Shown here: piece after piece, positions 26,535-34,781 of the stretch
How the letters are laid out: each line of letters starts with the position of its first letter
How positions within the stretch are numbered: the stretch's first letter is position 1
DNA from: a virus
Taxonomy: Duplodnaviria; Caudoviricetes
Length of the DNA stretch: 34,781 nt
IMG/VR virus record: IMGVR_UViG_3300017589_000264
Location: 1-34,781 of that record
Reading direction: 5' to 3' (one strand)
Position numbers and translations under genes: made by a program
The notes under the pieces: generated by a model
What the model was told of the DNA's origin: nothing
Databases searched by the model: none
Seen by the model: the letters and a program-made list of their open reading frames with translations, nothing else

Positions 26535-29500
26535 ATGAAATATACACCAGAAGATATTGAAAAAATATATCAAGATAGTAAAAATAAACTTTTGCCCACT
26601 AAAAATAGTTGGCCAGTTCAAACGGTTGTAAGGAAAAATAGTAACGTTGGTGTTTTACCAACTAAAGCTCAACAAGAATTAAGTTTTACAGATAAAATTA
26701 CTCAACCTATAAAAAATATAAAGTCTAATTATACTGTTGGTAAATTATCAGAGGAAGAAAATCAAGCATGGTCTAAATATAGATCTAGTCAATCTCAAGA
26801 TAATTTAAAACTTGCTCAAAATACAACGGATGTAAAGACAAAATATATTGAAAAAAACAAAGTGGGCCAAGGAAATTTATTAACAAAAGATTTTGCTCAA
26901 TATGTACCACAAATGATAGGTCAAATAGGGTCAGGTTTAAAAGGTGCAGGTGATACAGCTTTAAAAGGTGCTGCTGTTGGTGCTGGTACTGCGTTAATAG
27001 CAGGTCAAATGGGACCCCAAGTGTTAGCACCGGAAGAATTAATTACTGTGCCCGGTGGAGCAATAACGGGTGCCGTATTTGGTGGTAAAGCAGGTTATAT
27101 GAAAGGTGTTGCAGAATACAGCTATGACAGTATGGCTGGTTCTGCTTATAAAGGTTTGATTGATCTAGGTGTACCAAATAATATAGCTTTAAAAGTATCA
27201 GGTGATGAAGCTTTGGTTAGCTCTTTAATTGAAGCAGCTGGAGCTGGAGTTGATATTGCAAGTTTAGGCATAGGTAAACTATTATCAAAAGGTGGTACAA
27301 ATGCAGCAAGTAAAGTGGCAAAAAATAAACTTGTTTCTGCATTAAAGGCTTATGGCATTAACATAGCATCTGAGGGACTTGAAGAAGGATTACAAGAGAA
27401 GGTATCTATTGAAAGCGAAAAGAAAGCTATGGGGCAATCTGGAATTATAAGGACTGCTTCAGAACAAGAAGATTTACAAAGAATATTAGAGTCTGCTAAA
27501 GGTGGAGCTGCTATTGCTACTATTAGTGGTGGTGGAAATGCAATTGGTAATGTTGCAGTCAATACTATTAACAATAGACAGATAAAAAACAATCAAATGA
27601 AGAATTATACTAGCAAGAACATAGATAGCATAAAAACTCAAAATATTGACTCTAGTGAAGTTAATACTTTACCTGTGCAAGAAATAAAAAAAGAAAGATT
27701 TATACCAAGGTTAAAGGCAGTAAATGAAGCTTTTAAAAATGAAAATTTTGTTGAAACGCAAAATGAAGATAAGATTAATGATATTATTGCAAGGCGCAAA
27801 CAAAGTATTGCAGCAAAAGAAACTTCAAGTGATGTAATTCAAAATATTCCAATTTCAAATTCTGTAGAAATCAATACTAGTAGCAAGGCTCAAAAGTATC
27901 AAAAAAGGCAAGAAAATTACTTTGTAAAAGATATTGCTGATTCTTTGGGTATTTCTAGGTATGCTGATAAAAGTAGCTTAAAAGGCATGGTTAATGAACT
28001 TACAACTGAATTAAAAACAAATGAAGTTGTTGCTCCTGAAAAGATTGATAAATTGTTCAATACTATTGTTGAAGATGGAATTCAGGTTGATTTTAGTTTC
28101 TATAATAAATATAGAGATTTAAAGGACCAGGTAAGGAATACAAAGTTATATGTTAGTGATGATGTTAAAGCTGATTTTGATAAAGGTGAATATAACAGTT
28201 TTAGGAAAACAAATTTAGGAAATTTAACATTAACAAAAGATAAAGGTTCCATGCAAATTGACAGTTACTATCAAGAGTTAAGTGAAAACAATCCTGATTT
28301 TTTTCCAAAAGATATAGTTCATCCTGCTGATCAGTTAAGACAAATAGCTGATGTACAAAATAGCATTGTTAAAACAGAAAACAATCTTGCTCTATACATT
28401 GATAATGATGTTGAATATAAAGAATGGGCTAGACGTGAATTTGATGTTGCTGTTGAAAAATTATCAAAAGAAGCTAAGCAAGTTAAAAAGGTACAGGATG
28501 AAAAGGCTGCTAGGATAGAAGAAAAAGCAATTAACAAAGAAATGGTAGCTAATACTAAGGCAGAAGACATGCATGAAGTTTATAGGATGAAACAAATGTA
28601 TCAAAAGCAATATGATAGTGCAGTGAGAAAAGAGATATTGACTAAAAGAGATAGTAAATTTGTTGATATGCTTGTAGATGGTGATATTACGATAGATGAT
28701 TTACCTAGTAATGTTAACAAAGGTGGAATAATTAATATTTATAAGACAAAAGAGCCTTTGAAAAATATTGATAAATCAATTAAGGATTATAATAGATCTC
28801 ATAAATCTGTTATGAGAGAGAAAGCTGATGAATTGATTAGTAATACTGATACATGGAAGGATAAGGCAAGTGGTTTCCAATATCAACGTGAAACTATGGA
28901 AAGAAACATAAGAGATATAGTACCTAACAAACAAGAGGCAAATGCTATAACAGAAACATATTTTACTCCAATACATGAAAATGAAGCTAAAGCAACTAAA
29001 TTAAAAAATAGTATGCGTGATGTTGTTAGAAAAATTAATTTGCAAAATAAAAATATTTATGAAGTGGCCTATGAAGCAGAAAATGGATTACCTTTTATAA
29101 AAAAGGTATCTGAAAGAGCATTGGTACAACTTTTAGGTGAAGGTAAAATAAAAAATGACATGATAAAAAAGAGTGGTGCTGATGTAAATAAGATTGAAAA
29201 TGCTGTTAAGGAATTTAGGGGTATTTATGATAAATTGATTACTGAGTCTAACAATGTTTTAATCGAAAACGGTTATTCACCAGTAGAATATAGAAAAGAT
29301 TATTTTCCACACTTTACTGATGATAAGCCTGATAATTTACTTAACAAAATAGGGAGATTGGTTGGGATAGATGTTGACACTAAAGAACTACCAATGGACA
29401 TAGCTGGTTTAACTCATACTTTTAAACCAGGCAAGAGGTGGGTAGGTAACTTTTTACAAAGAACTTCTGATGTAACTGAATATGATGCTGTACAAGGTTT

Positions 29501-31277
29501 TGATAGATACATTGAGGGTGTGTCTGATGTGATACATCACACAGAGGATATTCAAAGACTTAGAGCGCTTGAAGACTCGTTAAGGTATAAACACTCAAGT
29601 GATGGAATAAAGGCCGAAATTGACAAGATAAGAGAAATTGACACTATATCTGAATTGGATAAAGTTAATAGAATTGAAGAAATATATAAGATTGATAAAA
29701 GTAAGTTGCCACACTTTGTTACTGAACTTAGAAACTATACCGATAATTTAGCTGGTAAAAAAGCTCTTGGTGATAGAGATGTCGAACATGTAGTTGGACG
29801 TAAAATTTATGGTTTAGCAAAATGGTTTGAAAATAGAGTAGCATCTAATATGGTTGCTGTTAATCCTGGTAGTTGGTTAACAAACTTTATTCCTTTAACA
29901 CAGGGAATGGGTGGTGTTAAAACTACAAATCTTTTGAATGGAATGAAAGATACTATTAGTTCTTATGCTAAAAATGATATGTTAGCTGATAGAAGTACAT
30001 TTTTAGTTAATCGTAAAGGCAGTGAACCACTTATTAAAACAAAATTAGAAAAGGTTAGTAATACTTTGTCTAGCCCTATGCAAATAATAGATAGTTTTAC
30101 TTCTGAAACTTTGGTAAGAGCTAGATACTATGAAAATATGCGTAATGGTATGCCAGATATTGATGCCATGAAGGACGCTGATAAATGGGTTGCTGGGGTT
30201 ATGGCGGACAGATCAAAAGGTTCATTACCAACTAAATTTAACAAAAAGAATCCTGCTTCGAATGCTTTTAATATGTTTCAATTAGAAGTAAATAATCAAT
30301 TAAGTTATTATTTTAAAGATGTACCAGATGATTTAAAAGAAAAAGGTGTTGCAGCATTGGCTATGGCTTTTACTAAAATGTTTGTTGGTTCCTGGTTGTA
30401 TAATCAACTTTATGAAAAATTAACTGGTAGGAGAGCAGCACTAGACCCTATTGATTTAATATCTACTGCGATAGGTGATTTTAAAGATAAGGATAAAAAG
30501 ACTTATCAAGCTGTAGCAAATACTGCTAAGGGTGTTGTTCAAGAAATGCCTTTTGTTGGAGGTTTAATTGGTGGTGGTAGGTTGCCTATTTCATCCGCTA
30601 TCCCTGATGTAGAAAATACAGTTAAATCAATTACCGGTCTTGCAACTGGTGAAATGCCTACCAATAAAGCTTTGAATGTACTGGGTAAAGAAGTTGCTAA
30701 GCCGGCTACATATTTTCTGTTACCTTTTGGTGGTGGACAAGTTAAAAAGGCAGTGGAAGGTATTAGTACTGTTAATAAAGGTGGTAGTTTTGGTATTGAT
30801 AGTCAAGGTAGAGATACTTTGCAGTTTCCAGTAGAAAAGAATTTAGGTAATTATGCGAAGTCAAGTTTGTTTGGTAAATACTCATTGCCTACTGCAAAGG
30901 ACTATATTGATAGTGGATTTAAATCTTTGAGTGGACCATATACGGAAAAATATAAGGATGCTTTGAGTACTGGTTTTACATCTGATCAGTTTTTAAACTC
31001 TTATAAAGCACAGAAAGAAGCAGAGAGTGATAAGGATAGGGATGGTAATACTATTTATCTTTCTTTAGCTAGTAATAAGAAAAAGGCTATTGATGATGCT
31101 AATAAGGGTATGAGTAAAGAAAGACTTGAGAAGTTATATTCATATTTTGATGTATCTGAAAAGTTATGGAAGGATGAAGTTAAGAAAGATGTTAAAAAGG
31201 ATAAGCAAAATTCTTTACCTACTATTAAATCTATTACAGTGAATAGAAAATTACCTACTATAAAGAAAAAGGAGTGA
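26535..31277 (+). CDS. Large internal virion / ejection protein (1580 aa)
   Basis: G/A-rich N-terminal region, YFPH motif, helical C-terminus; no tape-measure-like periodicity seen. Confidence 0.6.
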   Translation: MKYTPEDIEKIYQDSKNKLLPTKNSWPVQTVVRKNSNVGVLPTKAQQELSFTDKITQPIKNIKSNYTVGKLSEEENQAWSKYRSSQSQDNLKLAQNTTDVKTKYIEKNKVGQGNLLTKDFAQYVPQMIGQIGSGLKGAGDTALKGAAVGAGTALIAGQMGPQVLAPEELITVPGGAITGAVFGGKAGYMKGVAEYSYDSMAGSAYKGLIDLGVPNNIALKVSGDEALVSSLIEAAGAGVDIASLGIGKLLSKGGTNAASKVAKNKLVSALKAYGINIASEGLEEGLQEKVSIESEKKAMGQSGIIRTASEQEDLQRILESAKGGAAIATISGGGNAIGNVAVNTINNRQIKNNQMKNYTSKNIDSIKTQNIDSSEVNTLPVQEIKKERFIPRLKAVNEAFKNENFVETQNEDKINDIIARRKQSIAAKETSSDVIQNIPISNSVEINTSSKAQKYQKRQENYFVKDIADSLGISRYADKSSLKGMVNELTTELKTNEVVAPEKIDKLFNTIVEDGIQVDFSFYNKYRDLKDQVRNTKLYVSDDVKADFDKGEYNSFRKTNLGNLTLTKDKGSMQIDSYYQELSENNPDFFPKDIVHPADQLRQIADVQNSIVKTENNLALYIDNDVEYKEWARREFDVAVEKLSKEAKQVKKVQDEKAARIEEKAINKEMVANTKAEDMHEVYRMKQMYQKQYDSAVRKEILTKRDSKFVDMLVDGDITIDDLPSNVNKGGIINIYKTKEPLKNIDKSIKDYNRSHKSVMREKADELISNTDTWKDKASGFQYQRETMERNIRDIVPNKQEANAITETYFTPIHENEAKATKLKNSMRDVVRKINLQNKNIYEVAYEAENGLPFIKKVSERALVQLLGEGKIKNDMIKKSGADVNKIENAVKEFRGIYDKLITESNNVLIENGYSPVEYRKDYFPHFTDDKPDNLLNKIGRLVGIDVDTKELPMDIAGLTHTFKPGKRWVGNFLQRTSDVTEYDAVQGFDRYIEGVSDVIHHTEDIQRLRALEDSLRYKHSSDGIKAEIDKIREIDTISELDKVNRIEEIYKIDKSKLPHFVTELRNYTDNLAGKKALGDRDVEHVVGRKIYGLAKWFENRVASNMVAVNPGSWLTNFIPLTQGMGGVKTTNLLNGMKDTISSYAKNDMLADRSTFLVNRKGSEPLIKTKLEKVSNTLSSPMQIIDSFTSETLVRARYYENMRNGMPDIDAMKDADKWVAGVMADRSKGSLPTKFNKKNPASNAFNMFQLEVNNQLSYYFKDVPDDLKEKGVAALAMAFTKMFVGSWLYNQLYEKLTGRRAALDPIDLISTAIGDFKDKDKKTYQAVANTAKGVVQEMPFVGGLIGGGRLPISSAIPDVENTVKSITGLATGEMPTNKALNVLGKEVAKPATYFLLPFGGGQVKKAVEGISTVNKGGSFGIDSQGRDTLQFPVEKNLGNYAKSSLFGKYSLPTAKDYIDSGFKSLSGPYTEKYKDALSTGFTSDQFLNSYKAQKEAESDKDRDGNTIYLSLASNKKKAIDDANKGMSKERLEKLYSYFDVSEKLWKDEVKKDVKKDKQNSLPTIKSITVNRKLPTIKKKE

Positions 31278-31278
31278 T

Positions 31279-32853
31279 ATGATGGCTTTTAATGATTATA
31301 AGATAAATTCTTATGCAAAAAATATTAAAGATTTATCTAATCGCCCAACTGATGATGGAATGACTGCTGCTCAGTTAAAAGCATTTTTTGATGGTCGTGG
31401 AGATGATGAAATAAAAAGTAGTATTAATGGCTTGATTGATGAATTGGTTAATCTTGAACTTAATAAGGTTCCCCATTCTAATGATGTTAAAGGCATTAGA
31501 ATTAACGGTGATAATGTAATAGAAATAACCTTAGACGGTACAATTTGGACTGCAACAGGTTCTAGTGGCCATTTGATTTTAGATAAATTAGGAACTTTCC
31601 TTCCACAAAGGTCAAGACTTAAATTTGCTAATTCCACTGTGACGGATGATGGCACCATGACTATCGTTGATGGTGTTAAAGGTGATAAGGGTGATAAAGG
31701 TGAAACTGGTTCAACTGGTATTCAAGGTCTGCAAGGAATACAAGGGCCAGAGGGTAGAATTTGGACTCCTTCTATTGATAATGATGGTTTGATATCCTGG
31801 TTTCTATCTACATCAACAATAACTCCTATTGCTAGAAATATAAGAGGTCCACAAGGTATACAAGGTATTCAAGGTTCGCAAGGTCCCCAAGGTATACAGG
31901 GTAATGTTGGTGGCGCAGGAGTACAAGGTCCACAAGGTCCACAAGGTGCTGATGGTAATCCTGGTTTAGATGGACGTAGTTTTACTGTAAAAGGTAGATA
32001 TGACACTTTATTGGATTTGCAAAATGACTATCCTTTTGGAGTTGATGGTGATGCCTGGGCGGTAGGTAGTATTGCTAATAATGTTGTCTATGTATGGGAT
32101 ATAAATTCTTTGACTTGGAAAAACATAGGTGGCATTGTGGGTCCACAAGGTCCACAAGGAACGCAAGGTATTCAAGGTCCACAAGGGTTAAAAGGTGAAC
32201 AAGGTCCGCAAGGAACACAAGGGATACAAGGGATACAAGGTTCACAAGGGATACAAGGAGCAGAGGGACCCCAAGGACCTAAAGGTGATCCAACAAGTGT
32301 AAATAATATATCTGCAGTTGCTGGTAATATAACCTTGAAAGCTGAGAATATCCTTTTTGATGAAACAAAGACAGTTAAGGAACAAATTAACTCTTTCGCT
32401 CCCCATTTGTCAGATTTAATTACGGATGCAGATGGTGCTCATGGCTTAAAAATTGAAGAGGGCGCATGGACACCAGTGCTGGGTGCAACTGGAACTGCTT
32501 TTACTAGCGTTACTTATGATGCATCAACATTTGGTAAATATATTAAAATTGGTGATAGAGTACATGTACAGGGGCACATAAAAACATCTGCTGTGAACAT
32601 AGGCAGTGCAAGTGGTTATATTGCTATTGGTGGGCTCCCATTTGTTTCCGAGGAATGGTCAACTATACATGTTGGTTATTCTTCTGGCTGGGTGACGAAT
32701 AACCCTGATAGTATTCTTAAGCTGAAAGGTAATGCGACAGCGTTACTATATTATAGAGCAACGGCTAATGGAGCAGCGCAACAATTATTGGTGACAAATG
32801 TTGCGACATCCGTAGGTAATGAAATATATTTTAGCGGTGAATTCACCGTATAA
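31279..32853 (+). CDS. Tail fibre with collagen-like repeats
   Basis: Three Gly-X-Y tracts; C-terminal GAWTP...[12 protein letters not shown]...IGGLPF tip-like domain. Confidence 0.8.
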   Translation: MMAFNDYKINSYAKNIKDLSNRPTDDGMTAAQLKAFFDGRGDDEIKSSINGLIDELVNLELNKVPHSNDVKGIRINGDNVIEITLDGTIWTATGSSGHLILDKLGTFLPQRSRLKFANSTVTDDGTMTIVDGVKGDKGDKGETGSTGIQGLQGIQGPEGRIWTPSIDNDGLISWFLSTSTITPIARNIRGPQGIQGIQGSQGPQGIQGNVGGAGVQGPQGPQGADGNPGLDGRSFTVKGRYDTLLDLQNDYPFGVDGDAWAVGSIANNVVYVWDINSLTWKNIGGIVGPQGPQGTQGIQGPQGLKGEQGPQGTQGIQGIQGSQGIQGAEGPQGPKGDPTSVNNISAVAGNITLKAENILFDETKTVKEQINSFAPHLSDLITDADGAHGLKIEEGAWTPVLGATGTAFTSVTYDASTFGKYIKIGDRVHVQGHIKTSAVNIGSASGYIAIGGLPFVSEEWSTIHVGYSSGWVTNNPDSILKLKGNATALLYYRATANGAAQQLLVTNVATSVGNEIYFSGEFTV

Positions 32854-32865
32854 GGAGGATAAAAG

Positions 32866-33096
32866 ATGATAGAAAAATACACATTAGATATGTTAACACA
32901 AGATAATGTTAGCGTTAAGAAACAAACTTATATTGATTACATGGGACAACAATATCCCATAGGCGATCCGTGGAGACGAGCTTATGTCAATAACGTACAA
33001 GGCAGAGAGCAAATAGTTGCAGAGTTACCTGTCGCACAGGTCAATTCAATCATGGCTGTTTGGGGAGATACTCCAACTGTAATAGAAGAAACCTAA
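32866..33096 (+). CDS. Small fibre-associated protein
   Basis: AAGGAGG RBS; follows the fibre; AVWGDTPTV. Confidence 0.7.
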   Translation: MIEKYTLDMLTQDNVSVKKQTYIDYMGQQYPIGDPWRRAYVNNVQGREQIVAELPVAQVNSIMAVWGDTPTVIEET

Positions 33097-33122
33097 GGAA
33101 CAAAAGAAAAATTTGGTGGACT

Positions 33123-33149
33123 AAGAGCTTATTAATTAGGCTCTTTTTT
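33123..33149 (+). terminator. Intrinsic terminator before the lysis genes
   Basis: AAGAGCTTA-TTAAT-TAGGCTCTT plus T-run. Confidence 0.7.
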
Positions 33150-33173
33150 ATTATAAAAATTGAGAGGTGTTGG

Positions 33174-33665
33174 ATGAATGAATATTTAAAAAGTGCATTT
33201 GAAAGTGTGCAGCCATTTTGTGCATTATTGGTTAGTATAATTACTTTTATAATGTTTCCTGAGGGTACATATTTGACGGCATTTTGTGCAGTTCTTGGAG
33301 TAATGCTGTTAGATATACTAACTAAGTATTACGCAATAGGGTGCAATCATGGTGGGATATGGAAAAGCATTAAAGGAAAATTTATAAATAGCAATGACAT
33401 GTGGGTAGGTACATCTAGAAAGATTTTTACATATCTAATAATATTTATAATGGTAGGTTTAAGCTATAGAGTATCACCAGTGGCAGGAGTAGCATCCTTC
33501 TTGGGCACTGTTGTATACTCTGTTTTGTTTTTAAGAGAATGCCAGTCTATATTAGAAAATTTAAATGATGCTGGCAGTGATGTTGGATGGTTATTAGCTA
33601 TAGTAAAGAAAAGAAAAAACAAAATATTAGAAGATGAAGGAGTAGAAAAGGTGGAAGGAGATTAA
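33174..33665 (+). CDS. Holin (phage holin family 4-like)
   Basis: Several TM segments, D.LT, INS..M..G...K, E..SILENL; ATG 33174 after GAGGTG. Confidence 0.8.
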   Translation: MNEYLKSAFESVQPFCALLVSIITFIMFPEGTYLTAFCAVLGVMLLDILTKYYAIGCNHGGIWKSIKGKFINSNDMWVGTSRKIFTYLIIFIMVGLSYRVSPVAGVASFLGTVVYSVLFLRECQSILENLNDAGSDVGWLLAIVKKRKNKILEDEGVEKVEGD

Positions 33666-33670
33666 TAAAA

Positions 33671-34417
33671 ATGAGCGAGTATAAAATAATACAAAAAACT
33701 ACCCCAAACCAAATGAGTCGTTTTAGTTGGAAGCCTGATATAATCGTTAGTCATATTACAGAGGGTAGTTATACTGGAGCTGTTAGTTGGTTAATGAATC
33801 CAGCATCTCAAGCTTCAGCACACTTTGTTATATCTAAATTAGGTGAAATAACACAGTTAGTCGATATAACACAAGCCGCCTGGATAAATGGTACCAGGTT
33901 AAATAAAAATGATACGGGTCCTGGATGGTATGGAGATTCTACTTTAAAATTAGTTAAAGAAAGAAAAACAAATGCTAATTTTTACAGTGTAGGAATAGAG
34001 CATGAAGGAATCTATAGTCAAAACAAAGGTAAACTTACTGATGCACAGTTTAAGGCTACAGTATGGTTGCAAAAGCACATTATTTCAGAGGTAAAGCGAA
34101 TATATGGAACTGACATAATAATTGATAGAGAGCATATTGCGGGGCATTATCAAGTTGATCCTATCAGAAAACCAAATTGCCCGGGGCAGAGTTTTCAATG
34201 GGATGAATTAATCTTAAATTTAAAAGGAGTTGATGAAATAATGGAAGAAATAAAAAGATATAAAAACATTAAGGAAATGCCTGAATGGATGCAGCCTTAT
34301 ATTAAGAAGTGGGTTGACAAGGGTTACATCAAAGGCAACTCAACTGGAGAACTAGATTTTTCAGAAGATATGGTAAGAGTTTTAATAATTTCAGAGAGAA
34401 TGATGGAGGGAAAATAA
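33671..34417 (+). CDS. Endolysin, N-acetylmuramoyl-L-alanine amidase (Amidase_2)
   Basis: IVSHIT, SAHF, SVGIEHE, GHYQV...KPNCPG; short SLH-like C-terminal region. Confidence 0.9.
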   Translation: MSEYKIIQKTTPNQMSRFSWKPDIIVSHITEGSYTGAVSWLMNPASQASAHFVISKLGEITQLVDITQAAWINGTRLNKNDTGPGWYGDSTLKLVKERKTNANFYSVGIEHEGIYSQNKGKLTDAQFKATVWLQKHIISEVKRIYGTDIIIDREHIAGHYQVDPIRKPNCPGQSFQWDELILNLKGVDEIMEEIKRYKNIKEMPEWMQPYIKKWVDKGYIKGNSTGELDFSEDMVRVLIISERMMEGK

Positions 34418-34418
34418 A

Positions 34419-34781
34419 ATGGAAAATATAACTTATCAAATTGTAACACTTGTAATATCTTTAATAGGAGTAATTTTAACCGGATTGGTAGTTCCATGGA
34501 TAAAATTAAAAGTAACCAATGATAAGCTCGCATCAGTTGAGATGTGGGTAAATGTAGCAGTGGCTGCAGCTGAACAAATGAAAGCTGCAGGGTTAATTAC
34601 TGATGATAAAAAAACATATGTAATCAAATTTTTAAAAGATAAAGGCATCACTATTACAGATCAAGAACTTGATGCCTTGATAGAGGCTGCAGTGTATGAA
34701 CTGAACAAAGCTAAAAACTTACTATTTACTGATTTAGCTTTACAAGGTGAAACATTGAGTACAGAAGAGATAAGCAAATAG
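34419..34781 (+). CDS. Holin (LL-H family-like)
   Basis: Single N-terminal TM, AVAAAEQ, KK.YV, LIEAAVYEL. Confidence 0.85.
   Translation: MENITYQIVTLVISLIGVILTGLVVPWIKLKVTNDKLASVEMWVNVAVAAAEQMKAAGLITDDKKTYVIKFLKDKGITITDQELDALIEAAVYELNKAKNLLFTDLALQGETLSTEEISK

Larger units (their letters stand above)
1..34781. mobile_element. Temperate prophage (podovirus-like virion module) integrated at the 3' end of ssrA; right end not in window
   Basis: Ordered integration, immunity, replication, packaging, head, tail and lysis modules; tmRNA 3' end at the left boundary. Confidence 0.95.

Noticed and set aside
31675-32290. CAAGG-rich repeats as a CRISPR array, diversity-generating retroelement target or shufflon
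   Set aside because: They are 9-bp-period codons for Gly-X-Y collagen; no spacers, reverse transcriptase or alternative tip cassettes in the window
22672-33173. ORF-track starts at 22672 and 33060 (also 3654, 3702, 4737)
   Set aside because: They run through promoters, terminators or RNA structures; downstream starts have proper RBSs
457-34651. Opposite-strand or nested ORFs in the track (e.g. 457, 884, 3016, 3632, 6801, 7189, 7676, 9740, 10462, 10822, 11178, 11783, 15683, 16007, 17532, 19467, 19846, 20765, 20811, 21500, 24661, 26785, 27350, 28331, 28776, 31371, 34324, 34436)
   Set aside because: They overlap well-supported genes, lack clear RBSs and have the F/L/I/S-rich composition of shadow frames

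Overview
A near-complete temperate prophage of a low-GC Firmicute. The host assignment is inferred from strong AGGAGG ribosome-binding sites (RBS), TTG/GTG starts and a Prp-type leader. The left edge abuts the 3' end of a tmRNA (ssrA) gene, and the large serine integrase ORF runs across that junction. Order: integrase; membrane-anchored Mrr-like nuclease; Xre repressor with back-to-back consensus promoters; small early genes, antirepressor and a radical SAM enzyme; replisome organiser and DnaC-like loader; methyltransferase; late activator; an inverted three-gene operon with acr-aca-like layout; a small tyrosine recombinase followed by six dif-like half-sites; terminases; portal; a Tad2-like/Acb4-like gene pair; scaffold; capsid; a podovirus-type tail and ejection module with no tape measure; collagen-repeat fibre; holin-endolysin-holin. 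The right attachment site lies outside the window. All family calls come from recognising motifs and gene order by eye. No database search was run.
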